NCBI RefSeq assembly: GCF_011745625.1
Contig: NW_027191453.1
Location: 682,001 to 746,000, forward strand
Reading direction: 5' to 3'
Origin: Cladosporium halotolerans
Lineage: Eukaryota
Length of the DNA stretch: 64,000 nucleotides
How positions within the stretch are numbered: position 1 is the stretch's first letter; every line of letters begins with the position of its first letter. The position numbers and the translations under genes are program-made. Under the pieces are notes generated by a model. That model was given only the letters and a program-made list of their open reading frames with translations. It did no database searches and was not told where the DNA came from. Positions 1-15,700 of the stretch are shown one piece after another.

Positions 1-2
1 AA

Positions 3-1304
3 TCTGGGCTCGCACTGAGCTACCTCAAAGACGAGAAGCCCGGCTCGGATCCACGACAAACAGCGTATCTGACTAGAGAGCAGTGCTATCACTTCATCTT
101 TGCGTTGATTCAAAAACTGGACCAGGAGACGCGTGCCGCCACTGAAAGCATGGAGGGACAGCTCAGTGTTGCGTCCAAACGCCGCAACGAGGCCTACGAC
201 GTCATCAACGGCTCAGAGGACATTGTGTTCCAGACCTGCCTCTACGACTGGTATTTGTCCACAGGGCAAGAAGATCGCCTGCTTGAAATCATGAGCCCAT
301 TCGTGCCCAAGTTTCTTCGCCAGAGAGCGAATGACTGGAACAGAGAGGCAGCTGATTTGCTTTGGCGATACTTCGTTCACAACAACGACTACCTCGAGGC
401 AGCCGATACACAGCTTCATCTCGCTCGCGGCCAATTCCCCATCACACTCGAAGAGCGCATGGCATATCTTTCTCGGGCGCGTACCAACGCGTCGACACGG
501 CAGTCTGCTCTTGTTGAGTCTCGTCACTCGAAGCAGCAACTGCTCAGTGATATTGACACTCAACTCGAGCTTGCTAGCATTCAGGATGACATCCTCCAAC
601 GTATGAAGTTTGAGCCTCGTCTGACAGATGAACGCAGAGCAGAGGTCGTCAGCACGCTCAACAGCAACATCCTGACCATCGATCAACTTTACAACAACTA
701 CGCCGACCAGGCAGGCTACCACGACCTGTGCATCCTGATCTACCAAGTTGCCGACCACCGCAATCCGGCTGACATCCGCGCAAGCTGGCAGGAACTCATC
801 AATCAAACCGCTCGCGAGGCGCTTGCTATCAAAGATACCCATCCTTGGGAGGCTGTCGCTGACAAGGTCCGCAATCTGGGCCGCCGTCTGCAAGGCGCAG
901 AATCCACGTTCCCCGTTCAAACGCTTCTGCCCATGCTTGAGCGCTTCGCAATCGAGCCCACGTCACAAGGCTCGCCTAGCAACTGGGCCATCGACGTCTT
1001 CCTTGATGTCGACGTCCCGCATGAGGCGCTTCTGCCGGTGCTCGAGCAGATATACTACGGCAACGAGCAACCTTTCGTCGGCACGCAGAGGAGAGTCATC
1101 GCGGCTCACATGGTTTACGTCGTCCAGTCATGGCTCGAAGGCTCATCTCGCCGAGGTGAGAGGATTCCATTCGGCAGCGAGGAGAATGCGAGTCTGTGTG
1201 TGGACTTGCTTCGTGGCTTGCTGGCCGCGAGAGACGCTCTTGTGGGTGTCGAGAGGCAGGAGGCAGAGCAGTTGCAGAGCGCAATTCAGAGGCTGATGAG
1301 GTAG
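3..1304 (+). CDS. NUP170: Nucleoporin Nup170/Nup157 (Nup155 family), C-terminal part; 5' end lies outside the window
   Basis: The frame is open from position 3 (SGLALSYLKDEKPGSDPRQTAYLTREQCY...). Motifs LYDWYL..G..DRLLEI.SPFV, ADLLWRY, ITLEERMAYLSRA and QLYNNYAD match the Nup155/Nup170 C-terminal solenoid. Confidence 0.9.
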   Translation, partial: SGLALSYLKDEKPGSDPRQTAYLTREQCYHFIFALIQKLDQETRAATESMEGQLSVASKRRNEAYDVINGSEDIVFQTCLYDWYLSTGQEDRLLEIMSPFVPKFLRQRANDWNREAADLLWRYFVHNNDYLEAADTQLHLARGQFPITLEERMAYLSRARTNASTRQSALVESRHSKQQLLSDIDTQLELASIQDDILQRMKFEPRLTDERRAEVVSTLNSNILTIDQLYNNYADQAGYHDLCILIYQVADHRNPADIRASWQELINQTAREALAIKDTHPWEAVADKVRNLGRRLQGAESTFPVQTLLPMLERFAIEPTSQGSPSNWAIDVFLDVDVPHEALLPVLEQIYYGNEQPFVGTQRRVIAAHMVYVVQSWLEGSSRRGERIPFGSEENASLCVDLLRGLLAARDALVGVERQEAEQLQSAIQRLMR

Positions 1305-1769
1305 ACTACTATAATTGCTGGGTAAATTGGGAAGGCCTTGGGACTACTTTGGAAAAAGAAAAGACGATTGTGGCAGGCAAAGCATCTTGATGTCGACGTC
1401 GATGTCGTTGGGTTGATTTTTTCCTCGTTTGAAAGTTTTGGCAGCGATGGCGTTGTACTTAGGCATGGTCAGAGTCATGGGAATGAAGCATGTACCACAC
1501 TATTCATCAAACCATCTCAACGTAATCAATTCGAGCGATTTCGACTGCTTCCAATCTGTGCAAAACTGAGAGACACGATCGATCTTGGGTAAACATCGGC
1601 CTGATCGTTGACGGCGAGGCGCTCTCGTGACCTCCAAGGACGAGCCACGATCAAGCGGGGTTTGCTGCACCTGAACGCTCGTTGTGCCCACAACGCGCTC
1701 GGGAAATCTACATTAATCGTCCGCGTGTTTTTGAAGTAACTTTCCAATGACAACGCAGACGAAGACGCG

Positions 1770-2845
1770 ATGGCTCCTATAGAGGCTATAGACATCGGCG
1801 CTGCTACGGTAGGCTCGCACGCGCGCGCGCGCGCACGCACGCCCTCTGCAGGTGTCCACTCATGCTGATCGCCATCCTTGCAGGTGCTTGGCGCCCGACA
1901 GTTTCAAGAAGATCGATACACCGTGGCGAAACCTGGAACTCTGTCTGCGGACAAATCGCTCGCGTGTTTCGCGGTGTTCGACGGACAGTGAGTATTTGCG
2001 CGTTTCGCGGCGCGCGAGAACCATTCTGACGGTCTTTCTAGTGGTGGGTCCGAGGTGGCAGAACACGCCCGGCAGAATCTTGTCTCGCGGATCGATCGAC
2101 GGTTGAAGATATGCGACGACTACGAACAAGCTATCAGTGACGCGTTGATCGAGGAAGACAATGCGATTCGTAAGACGGGCATGTTGCAGCCCGGTTCGAC
2201 TGTCGCGCTGGCTCTAGTGGATATCAAGCGGGGGACGGTGGTAGTTGCGGATCTGGGAGATTCTCACGTGGTGCTGGCCGAGAAGGGGTCAGAGAAGAAA
2301 GGCGATTGGAAGGCGAAATGTCTTACGGAGGCGCAGAAGCCTTGGTCGAAAGGTGAACGCGAACGGATCCACGAGGCTGGTGGCAAGTTGAACCGGATCT
2401 ATGGCGAGCAGAGATTAGGTAAGTCTTCTGTGATCGCTGTTGCTACGTCCAAAACTAAGTTTTATATACAGGTGCCCTGAACATGTCTCGATCACTGGGA
2501 GATATGGATTACAAGCAACCGGCCGCGAGCTGGATCACTTCGTCGGCAGTAATAAGAGACGACCTTCCGAAGAAGGAAGGTTCCATCACTGGCGATCTCG
2601 TTTCGAACGAGGCTCACACGATGACTCGCGACCTTCCCGCACGTTCTCTATTACTGCTTGCAACAGACGGTGTAGGTGAGGGCCCTGCCGCAGAAAGGGT
2701 TGCCAGATCGGCCGCAGATTTGTGGGATAAGAAAGTGCCGGCGCAGAAGATTGCCGCAGAATTGGCGCGAAGGGCCGAGAAACAACGGTATGCGGACAAC
2801 TGTACCATTATTGTGGTATGCATGAGAGGCTCTGCCGCAAAATGA
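1770..2845 (+). CDS. PP2C (PPM) family protein phosphatase, 4 exons
   Basis: Spliced model: MAPIEAIDIGAAT | intron 1809-1883 | VLGARQFQEDRY...FAVFDGH | intron 1988-2041 | GGSEVAE...GSTVALA..ADLGDS..E.ERI..AGG | intron ~2419-2471 | GALNMSRSLGD...LLATDGV...ADNCT. All PP2C metal-binding motifs (ED, DGH, DG, DN) are present. Confidence 0.88.
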
Positions 2846-3385
2846 TGAGATAATGAGACGGTAGTCCGTTTTGCACTGATACGAGCTGGCTTCTATGCAT
2901 GATGCACAGGACAAGCCTAGTAATGTTGATACAGCTAGATATGAGCTTCCCTTGGTATTTGAAACCCAAAAAAAAATCCTTTCCACGAAACCTTCTCCTT
3001 CGTACACGAGCCACTTTGAATACCCATCTTGACGTCAAGCATTCCGAGAGACCGGCTGGGGGTTGCCAGATACTCATGTGCGACAGGGGTGTCCGGAAAC
3101 GCGATGCCAATTGCCGTGTGTGCGGATATGCAGCGCACATCAGATCTCTCGGTTTCTCTGAAGACCAAGTAGTAGTGTAACGGCGATAGGCCCGGGAACT
3201 TTTATCGGAGGTGACTGGTACAGCCAACTGCAAGTGAGCCGGGGCGCGTGCCATCGAATAGAACGCCTCGGGCATTGGGCCATGGTATACACCACAAGAA
3301 GGCCAGAAAGGCAGTGCCATCTGGGTATCATGAGTTGCCCGAGTCGTACAGGTGACACAAGATTCATAGTCCATTACTGTGCCGC

Positions 3386-6018
<2,633 letters not shown>

Positions 6019-7486
6019 AGCTACTCTACCTGCAGATACATGATTAGACTTAGGTACTACAGCAGGGTCGCTACAACACAGGCGCAGGCCGCTTGGATAG
6101 AGTTGTCCGGAGGGGATGGCCAACGAGAAAAAAGCAACGCGCCCGCTGATTGAATGGTTTCGCTGACGGGTTTGCAATGAGGGATTGCTCCACATTTTCG
6201 ACATAAATGCAATGGAGAGATTGCATGGGCCGCATCACAACATGGGGCCTCAGATCATTGGCGTGGTCAAGAGTTGAATTTCGCCGTTGCGCTGTCATAC
6301 TATAGTCAAAGCAGCATTCTGTTGATGATTCTCGGTAGGAAGCTCATTCCACCTTCCGGTTGCCCGTCTGTGCGAAAGACGTCGGATGCCGAGGGTATTC
6401 AGGAGAAGCTGCCCTTCCATAAATAGAAAAGAGACATGAAGCATCGAAAGCTTGACTAATGCTTGCCAGAAAGTCAACAAGGCTTCTTGCCTACACGCGT
6501 ACATCTCTGGCGGGTAGCCCCACATTCATGATGTTGCACTTCCCCACGTCGACTGCTTCGACTGATGAAGCTTATTTCGACTCCACATGTTGACGAAGCC
6601 TGGCCGAAGAACCTATGTACCTGTCTCCTCATTCAATCAGCTTTCCACACAGGAGCAAAGCCACGGATGCACGCGGGAATCAAGCTCGATTAATGCCGCA
6701 TCCGAGTAAGAGTGAGCCAATCGATATGTAGACTGACACGGAACAAGCTCGCGACACTAGCAGACAATCGGCTCGTCTTACAAGCAGAAGATGCTTCTCT
6801 ATCGCCCGAGCTATTTGCAACGATTGATACTCTTCGAGATGATGCTAGCCTTTCCGCTACAGGGAAACACTTGATCACCGCCCCTCAGACAACCACAGAA
6901 ATCACGGCCTGGAGAATGATCTGAATGAAGCCTCGAGGACACGGCAAGGATGCACAGTATGTACAAGGTACGATCAGTGTCTGGACCATTGTGGAGAGCT
7001 TCAACGTCATGTTCAGCCGACTGGACCGCATGAATGCCAGGAACGCGCACATCAATAGTGACGTGTGCCTGTCGATCTTGCGCGTCTTTTCCTAACACAG
7101 CAATCTGTACTATTCCCGTCACCTACGGGAAGTTCCCGAAGGCCTTCCTCGTTACCAACGATGCGGAGGACGTTGAGCTGATGCCGGCCGCGAACGGTTC
7201 GCGTGGAAGAGGATCCTTTCCGCGTATGCAATGACGGGCCTCAGAGATGGCATCACAATCGTCCGACTGGCTCGCCGGTGAGGTATGATCGCGATCTCAT
7301 GCCCTCCCAGCACAGGGCAAGACAGACCAGCTTGTTGGAAAGTAGGTACATATAAGGTACGAGATCTATCTTCCTCCTACTCATTCTTTCCACAACAGCT
7401 TCAGCCCCATTCATTTGGTTGCTGTCGATTTCGTCTTTGCCATTCACTCTGTTTCTTATATCCAATCACTTTCCTCTGTCACCATA

Positions 7487-9323
7487 ATGCACGCATACAT
7501 CGGTGCTCTGGCTTTTGCAGGCGCTGCGTCTGCACGCGTTCTGCCGAGGCAGCAAGATGGCTGCTGTTTCCAGATCAACGCTTCTGGCGGAAAGTCTGGC
7601 TCGGTTGGTCAGCTCAGCGATGGCCAGAACCGTATCGGCGGTGGCTACCAGCCGGCTACCTACTGCATCAACGACGGCGCTATCACCGACTCCAACGGCC
7701 GCGGCTGTATCCTGACCCCTCCCACCACACAGTTCCAGTGCGACACCGGTGCTACACCGACTACTGGCTTCTCTGTCTCTGGCGGGGGTCAGGTGCAGTA
7801 CAACGGCAGCAGCAAGTTCTACGCCTGCGGTGCTGCCAGCGGCGAGTACAACATCTACACAAAACCTGTGGACAACCAGGACGACTGTGTCGAGGTCACT
7901 CTGTCTTCCGCAAGTGGCAAGTGCTCTGGCAACGGTGGTAGCGGTGGCAGCGGTGGCTCCGGCGGCTCATCCGCTCCTGCGGGATCTGCTGCCTCCACTC
8001 AGCCGGCAGGCGGTGCATCCACGGCTCCTGCAGGATATGCTTCCTCGGCGGCGCCCTCTTCTGCCCCAGCTGGCTCTCAGCCCGCCGGCGGTGCGTCTAC
8101 GGCCCCGGCTGGATACGCTTCGTCTTCTGCTCCGGCTGCCACTCAGCCCGCCGGATANNNNNNNNNNNNNNNNNNNNNNNNNNNNNNNNNNNNNNNNNNN
8201 NNNNNNNNNNNNNNNNNNNNNNNNNNNNNNNNNNNNNNNNNNNNNNNNNNNNNNNNNNNNNNNNNNNNNNNNNNNNNNNNNNNNNNNNNNNNNNNNNNNN
8301 NNNNNNNNNNNNNNNNNNNNNNNNNNNTCTTCTGCCCCAGCTGGCTCTCAGCCCGCCGGCGGTGCGTCTACGGCCCCGGCTGGATACGCTTCGTCTTCTG
8401 CTCCGGCTGCCACTCAGCCCGCCGGATACGCTTCTTCTTCTGCTCCGGCTGCCACTCAGCCTGCTGGCGGTGCGTCTACCGCCCCGGCTGGATACGCTAC
8501 TTCTTCCGCTCCAGCTGCCACTCAGCCCGCCGGATATGCTTCTTCTGCACCAGCTCCGTCGCAGCCTGCTGGCGGTGCGTCTACTGCTCCCGCTGGATAC
8601 GCTTCTTCTGCACCGGCTCCGTCGCAGCCTGCTGGTGGTGAGTCTACCGCCCCTGCGGGATACGCTTCCTCGGCCGCGACTTCCGCCCCAGCGCCGTCTC
8701 AGCCTGCTGGCAGCTCTGCGCCCGCCTCGTACCCGGCCGGATCATCGGCTCCGGCGCCTTCCGCACCAGCTGGTAGTGCATCTGCGCCGACTGAAGCCCC
8801 CTCTGGCACCCAAGCTACTGGAACTGGCAGCGGCTCTGCTTGTCAGACTTCCCTCACCGGAGCTTACCAGACCCCTCACCTGATCGTGCCCGTCTCCTCC
8901 GAGCAGCCTGACCAGGCCTACGGCACTAGTTACAACGGTCAGATCAACTCGACCACCAGCACCATCTTCAACTTCGATATTCCGCAGGACTACGAGGGCA
9001 AGCAGTGCTCCATCATCTTCCTCTTCCCCCAGAAGGAGGATCTCGAGACCTCCAACTACGACTTCAGCGGCTCTGGCAGCCTCAGCTGCAGCGAGCTCAG
9101 CGACACCGCCAGCCAGCAGACCTCTTACAGCAGCGCCCCGTCCGTCAAGAGCGACCTCGGCACCATCGACCTCCAGCCCGGCAACAGCTACGTCGTGGCC
9201 ACTCAGGACTGCCAGGCTGGCTCTACCCAGTCCATCGAGCTCTCCTCCGAGAACGGCCTCAGCCTCAACTTCTTCGAGGACTGGAACCCGTCTCCCCTGG
9301 GTCTCTTCATCACCTCCTGCTAA
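7487..9323 (+). CDS. Secreted cell-wall protein: signal peptide, Cys-containing domain with PIR-like GQLSDGQNR motif, Ala/Ser/Pro/Gly tandem repeats, C-terminal But2-like domain; spans an N gap
   Basis: Signal peptide MHAYIGALAFAGAASA and repeats QPAGGASTAPAGYASSA. The C-terminus YQTPHLIVPV...TIFNFDIP...QCSIIFLFP...FFEDWNPSPLGLFITSC resembles the But2 C-terminal domain. The frame change across the gap is explained by the N-run length. Confidence 0.85.
7970..8790 (+). repeat. Coding tandem repeat (units such as cagcc[c/t]gc[c/t]ggcggtgcgtctac..cc.gctggatacgct) containing the assembly gap
   Basis: Repeated QPAG(GAST)APAGYASS units are visible on both sides of the N run. Confidence 0.9.
8158..8327. 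other. Assembly gap (170 N)
   Basis: Run of n characters. Confidence 1.
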
Positions 9324-11554
9324 GCGAATCTCGCTATGAGCAGTACGAAACCAGCCTTATGGACAAGGCTTGACGAACGAAGGACACATGTTCTATGACA
9401 CACAGGCAAACAGAAGCCCAGATATAGTATAGGTAATAGCTTTTACTTACCAAATGATATAAATACACTCCTTTGATGAACGATGCTTGTACCCCTGAAT
9501 GTTCTGTTGTGTGCATAGTGAAGTGTCGGAATCCGTTTCATCTGATTGTGCGGCGTTCCACTTCTGTTTACCCTTCGGCCTTATATCAAGATCCGCGTAG
9601 GCTCTGAAGTATGTCATCCTTCACCGGGGTGCTTTGATTCTTGCTTGTGAGACAGCGCCAGTCGCAAGTGTATCTATTAGCAAATGTGCTCGCAATTGCG
9701 ATGAGTTAATTTGACAATAAGACTCCGCTTGGATGGTCACTAGGTATTTCTTTCAACGGTCTGGTGATAGCTATCGCTCCGAGCATGAAGGATGGTCGCT
9801 TACCCGACACCAACGTGAAAGCACAGCAGATTTGGTGAGCCCAGGGACATGGGCCACTGGGTCAGTGCAAGATCTCTCACAAAGCGAAGCTTCAAGCAAG
9901 CAGGAAAGATTGCTCCCGACCCGTCAGGGTGTTGGTGTACTGACACGCTTCATAAGGGATAGAGGCTAGAAGTTGGACCAGTAAGAAAAGAGTGAGATTG
10001 ACACGGTTTTTGACCAAGCTTATCCAGGTATCGAATTCGCTCCATAATCGCCGTTGGGGGTTGCTTGAGGACTTCCCATATTCTGATGCAGGTTTGTTTT
10101 CTAACATCCTTGGCCCAGTGGCTTCCCGACAATGAAAGACGACATACCTCCTCCACCGTAAATTAGATTGATAATTACCACACATTCGTCATGGCTTTCG
10201 AAGAGTATCTTCTCACATTTGAGCTGACCGGACGGCTGGAAAAGCATTCAAGCTCAGGGGTACATGCGCAGAAAACATCTCTCGATGGAGGTGGTCTGAT
10301 CCACATCGCTGTTTCTAATCGTGCTTGGACCTCCATTGCCTCCGTGATCGACGTGGTGAATCGCCGCGGTGAACGCTGACCAGGATATCTTGCGATGAAC
10401 GAGCGGCCCATGATGAGTTTCTTGTCGAGGTGAGCAGCAACTCGCTTCAACAGCCCATTTAGCAGACCGTAATGTTGGTGATCTCTCTCCTTTCTTGCCA
10501 ATACTCGACGTATGAGTCCCCGACTTCCGACCTCTCAGAACGGAAGGTACTTGAGTACTTCGGGGCTGCCAAGCCTGATCATACTTTGTCGATTCCCACG
10601 ATCCCGCCTCAGGAAAGTTTACTAGCCCTGAACCTGCGAAGTATGTATTTGGCGTCGGACGAAGTACCGACAGGCACCGCAGTCTTGCAGGCAGGAACAA
10701 ATGTCCGGTGTATATCGTCCTGAGGATACCGAGATACGGTCCTCTCAAGCTCGCTGCTGCATCGGCTTCGATAGTCGATATTAGATAGCGGGATTGTGCA
10801 TGGACTAGCGCGAGAAGACCAGTCGCGCAATGGCCAGCTGGGTGACATGTCACTCACGTACTCCCGTGATAAAGGGACTTGACTCCCGTTGGCTTCTAAC
10901 GAACGCTTTCGTAAACAAGATGTTGATGTTGTGATCCGTGTCGATATGTTTACCCTTTCGCATGCGTGATATGATGGGCCAACCAGGGCGGTGCCCTCTC
11001 CTCATACATTCCGCGTCTTCCTTGGCGTGTCCCAGTCTGTCGGGTTGGTCTTGATTGCTGGTGATGTGGCAGCCTCGACTCGTGGCGACTAACACCAACT
11101 TTCTTTCAACCTCTTCCTTCTATTCATAATGCCAGGTTCGCTCCTCAAAAATCTCGCATACATTCATCTGCTGTGTCGCTGCGTCTGAATGGAAGGACCA
11201 ACAGTGGCTTGAGCGACATCACTCACACAGCCGCGTAGGCTTCACTCGTTGCCGGGCTTCCGTCGAGCACTCCTTGGCTCCTCGCCATCTGCCGTCCGCG
11301 CTGCAGGCCATCATCGTGCTCGCTACACTTCGAAGAGAACAGCTTGATGCAGCTATGGAGGCGTCAGATCCCGAAATCTGTTGCGAGGTTTGCGATCACG
11401 ATGGTGCCATCAACGCTGCGTGCTCAGGCCTCGCTCCGACTAGAAGGAGATCGTCGCGCCGCACAAGTCAGCATCGCAACGCCTTTGCTGCCAGTATGTT
11501 TGACGCGCTGAGCCTCGCCTTTGGGAGGACGATACCCACATCGGCCCCATATTG

Positions 11555-12749
11555 TCAGCGCTTCTTTCGAAACGGCTTTTGACCCCAGGCAACATGCCTT
11601 CACGACCGCATTAGCGAATGATCCTCATGCGACGGTGACGACTTACACTCTGTTGTATATCTTCACGTTCGGCTTGAGCAATTCCGCTTGGGCGTCGCGT
11701 ACCATCTGCGCACAGCGCGTTGTACTCATTCCCAAAACTGCCGTGAATGGCATGATAGCGAACGACGCCAGCATTTCGGAAACGGCCCTCACGTTGTCCT
11801 TCCCAGGGGATCTGAACCCTAAGGCGAAAGTCAGTGGTGCAAGATCAGCGCGGCGTCTAGGGCAAATTACCGGCCATCCAGTCTCCAACAGGGATCCTAT
11901 TGTCCTCGTCTTTGGTCTCTATGTGCACAAATCCCGCTTCAGCCATCAGGCGGAACAGATGTCCAGCAACCGTAGGATTTCTGTTCATCCGGCGTAGGGC
12001 CATCGAATAGTTGTTCCACCATGCCTCAAGGTGAGGCAGTCTTGCCCCATTATCCGACTGGAAACACCAATTCACTTCGACCATTTGCAGCCATCCACCT
12101 GGTTTCAGGAGCGCTCTGTATTCGCTGATCAAATCCGGCCAACGTTCGCTATCAATGCCATCTGAAAGGAAGCGACTGTTTATCAGATCGAAGGTATCCA
12201 TCTTCAACATGTCCCTCTCTGGCGCGGAGCGAAAGCGGGCATTCATGTTCCATTTGATCTTATAAAACTCTTGAACACCATCGCTGTTGCTGGGATGATC
12301 GAATATGTCGACGCCGGTGACCTGGACCAGTCAATACCAAGAGGTCGTCCACATCATGGTCCGATATCGATAAATGCGTCACCGCTGACGACCGTCGAAG
12401 GACGAGGCGAATACTCACTTCGTAGTCCTCGTGCTCATCCAGTAGCGAGGATATCCAGGCCCCGGTGCCGAACCCACAATCGAGGACCTCCCGCGGGCCG
12501 GCTTCCAGATTCGGAAAAACAGTAGACAGGAAGATTCTTTCTAGGACGTCGTTGTATACATCGAACCGATCTTTTTCGTCCTGCAAGTTGTCAGCGAAAC
12601 CCCGGAACAAATGCGAGGGCAAGAGAAGCATGTACTTCGTCTACTGGAACACAACTGATCTTGTGACGGAACCCAAAAGCGCAAAAGTCACGACCGCCAT
12701 ACTGCAAGACCTCGTCATTTCTAGGCTGAGGGACGGCGTCGTTTGACAT
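11555..12749 (-). CDS. LaeA-like/TAM-domain SAM-dependent methyltransferase, 5 coding exons
   Basis: MSNDAVP...YGGRDF..FGFRHKISCVPVDE | DEKDRF...VLDCGFGTGAW (SAM motif I) | VTGVDI...FDLINSRFLSDGI...RW...LLKPGGWLQMVE...RIPVGDW | ...KIYNRV | last exon HVAWGQKPFRKKR* after intron 11646-11598. Confidence 0.88.
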
Positions 12750-15700
12750 TCTGCTAGATGGACTGTTAGCAGGAGATGACAGCATGCATTCAAGTCGATA
12801 GCAAGTGGCTCATGCCTTAGAAGCAGCACCATAAGAAGTGTGGCATTGGTGCTTGGTGGCACATACGGACTGCTTTGACTAGTCAAGTGCCTTGGATGGT
12901 GACTTACACGTCTTCGACGTGGAAGTCGAACAATTACCCAGAACCCGGTATCGGAAGATGAAATGAATCCAAAGCCACGGGAGAAACCCCAGCTGTGGGC
13001 GCAGATGGGACCTGTAAGGAAGCGAGATGCCTTGAGGCGCAATCGATTCGCAGGCTTGCACCACCCTCATGTACCCATCGACCAGGTGCAAGCAGACCCG
13101 AGCGCCAGACGACAGCCCGGCTTGCGTGCAAGTCTCATTGGCTATATGCCCCAATGATTCGACCCACTCCCCCGACCGCTCGGGCGGCACGAGGGTGGCT
13201 CTCTTCAAGTCCAGGCTGCCGGTGCAGAGCACGGGCATATCTACATAGGTACCTGTCACGACAAGCATCTTACCCTTCAACCGACGGTAACGTCGACCTG
13301 CAGAAGCAGACGGATTGATGCCTGTCAGCCGGCACACTCGGCACCACGAGCTGTGCTGAACCGCCTCGTAAGAGAAGCCATGGCTGCCTCCGCTCTCTCG
13401 AGGCGGGATGTCAGTCAGCTGCAGGATACAGGGCAACGCAAGGCTTTCTTCAGCTGCCTCTTTAAGAATTGGATCTCCTAGTCTTGTCTGTCAGGACTGA
13501 TCGACAAGGCTCTCGTTCCCACCGGCGACTTGAGCGCTCTAGGGTTAGACTTACCAAGACGGACCCAAAACGCCCACGCATGTGGATGCGTGGCAAAATG
13601 ACTGCTGCGTTGTCATTCAAGCTGGGGCCAGAGCATTCGGCTACTAGACCCGTTCCATCCGGTTTTCAGCGCTTAGTACAGGGGTTAGCAGACGCACTTC
13701 GGCTTTGCAGCAAGAAGCCATCAGGTGCTCGCAAAGAATAGAACGGGTACGGCAGGGAGCAAAAGAGTTTTGGAGGCGCACTCGACAATACTCCAAGGAG
13801 TAACCAGTCACTGGAGCGAGACCCGCACCCCCTCCTCAGTGTATCCCGCCTACGAGTGGCCGCACTGCACACGCCGTACATATGGAATTCGCCGTCGCCC
13901 TTGGCAGTTCGTCGCAAAGGACTCCCGGCGCCGTGGCTCTCGGTAGCGGCAGGGGCTTGCTATCACTGCAGAATCCCTCGAGACGGCCCTCTACGTCAGG
14001 GCTAGCATGCCTCTCATGCACGTGGCAACTGGATGTCTATGGGCTCGTTTACGTACATACATGCAGACGGCAGACGTTGCGGAACAAACCGATGCTGGGA
14101 ATGGTAGCTGACTGCTTCCTTCTCAGTGCTTTGATCTCCGTGAGGCATTCTCGCTGCGAATATCCAAATACGTACTCCTCGGTACCGGACGAGTAGCATA
14201 GCTGAAGCTCACGACACGTTCTCGAAAACGTGGCACTTAGTTCAAGCCACCGGCAAGAGTGTGAATGCCAGGACTTCACTCGATTAGCCGGACATAAACC
14301 GACGTGTTGCGTTAAGCTACGGCCGTCTTACCAAGCCACTGGATTGAAGCGTTGCACTGCAGCGTCTTGCCAGCGATCCAGAGCATTAGGTCACGAGACT
14401 ATGTGGTTGAACGGACCTCCTTCCTAGACCCTACTGCACCGAACATGCGTAAAGCTAGCACCACTCCAATCGATGACGATGTGGCTAGCGTCTTAGGCTG
14501 CAGAAACCGACCCAGTCCGGCCACTGTCTTCCTGGACCACGTTCTCCGTGGCGTGACAGCGTCAACTAAGCTGCATAAGACTACGCATGCGCGATAGAGG
14601 CTTCCCAACGGCCTGGCCTGATGGTTGGAAGACCGAGGCAAGTCGGAGTGCATTATCCCTTCGAAAACTAAAACACGCTAGAAAACGAGTTTTACGAGAT
14701 GGATGCTAGAGGCTTTCAAGTGCGTATTGGGCCTCCCAATAAACCGTCTTCCACTTGTTTCTGACCTTGCAAGCTATATCTGCAGCCCGAGGTCATGGCA
14801 ATGGGTTCGTGCTGTCCAACGGTCAAATCTCCGGGGAGGCCGCTGCTTTTTGCTCCTGACCAGAGCACTGGGATCCCGCCGTCCCAGCCCAATGGTAACT
14901 TCTTCTGGAACAGACTTCTATGGCGTTGCGTCTATAGCTTGTCCCTAGTTATCAACGCTACGAAGAAGGCGAAGATAGCGCGCCTCCACGTCGTCTAGCG
15001 TTTAGGCGAGCATGGCTTTGCCTGCAGCCCCCGTGCGACTACGTGACTTCTTGACAGCCCTTCAGCTTCGACAAAGTTTGAAGCGCGGAGCAGCTAATGC
15101 TGTCTGCAGGAAGCTGGGTGTAGGCGGAAGAGGAGCGCGGCGTCGCACGTCGCAGCATTTGTGCCCAAGCTGCCCGGTCTGAGCGCCGCGGATGTCAGGG
15201 TATGGTGGGACGACCCGCGCTCGCCTTTGGCGTGAGGACGCGTCCGTTGATCAATCCACCTGCGGCAGACTCGTCGTAGCACGAGCTCGCCCCTCGGCCA
15301 GGCCGCGCCGCGAGGGCACGCGAGAATTACCAACCCGATCTACTAAGCACAGGCTCCGCGCTGCAAACCGTGGAAGCCATGTCGCCAGCGGTGACACCAG
15401 GCACATGTGCTTACCCGGATTCCTTATCACGACATCTGTCGCTGCCGTAGCACCAACGCCTCCCAATCATTCTGCGAAGAACAGCGTCTCCGACTAAAGG
15501 AGATGTTTGCACGTGCCCTCACTTTGCTTTGGCCGGCATTTCTCGGCCTCTCGGCAAGCCGGCCGCATGCCGATTTCGGCTCGTTCAATTCTCAAGGATA
15601 CTTGACAACAGCAAACGAAACATGTGACACAAGTGCCTCGTAGCCGGAGCCAACTCCACCCTTAACGATATGAGCGCCCCAGTTCGATAGGCATGCCGTT

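Noticed and set aside
7970..8790. Repeat array as CRISPR-like or mobile element
   Set aside because: The repeats are in-frame coding units with synonymous variation and no unique spacers, in a eukaryotic context.
9700..11500. Short ORFs between the cell-wall gene and the methyltransferase as a degraded gene or transposon
   Set aside because: I found no recognisable domain, coherent splice model, terminal repeats or clear RIP signature.
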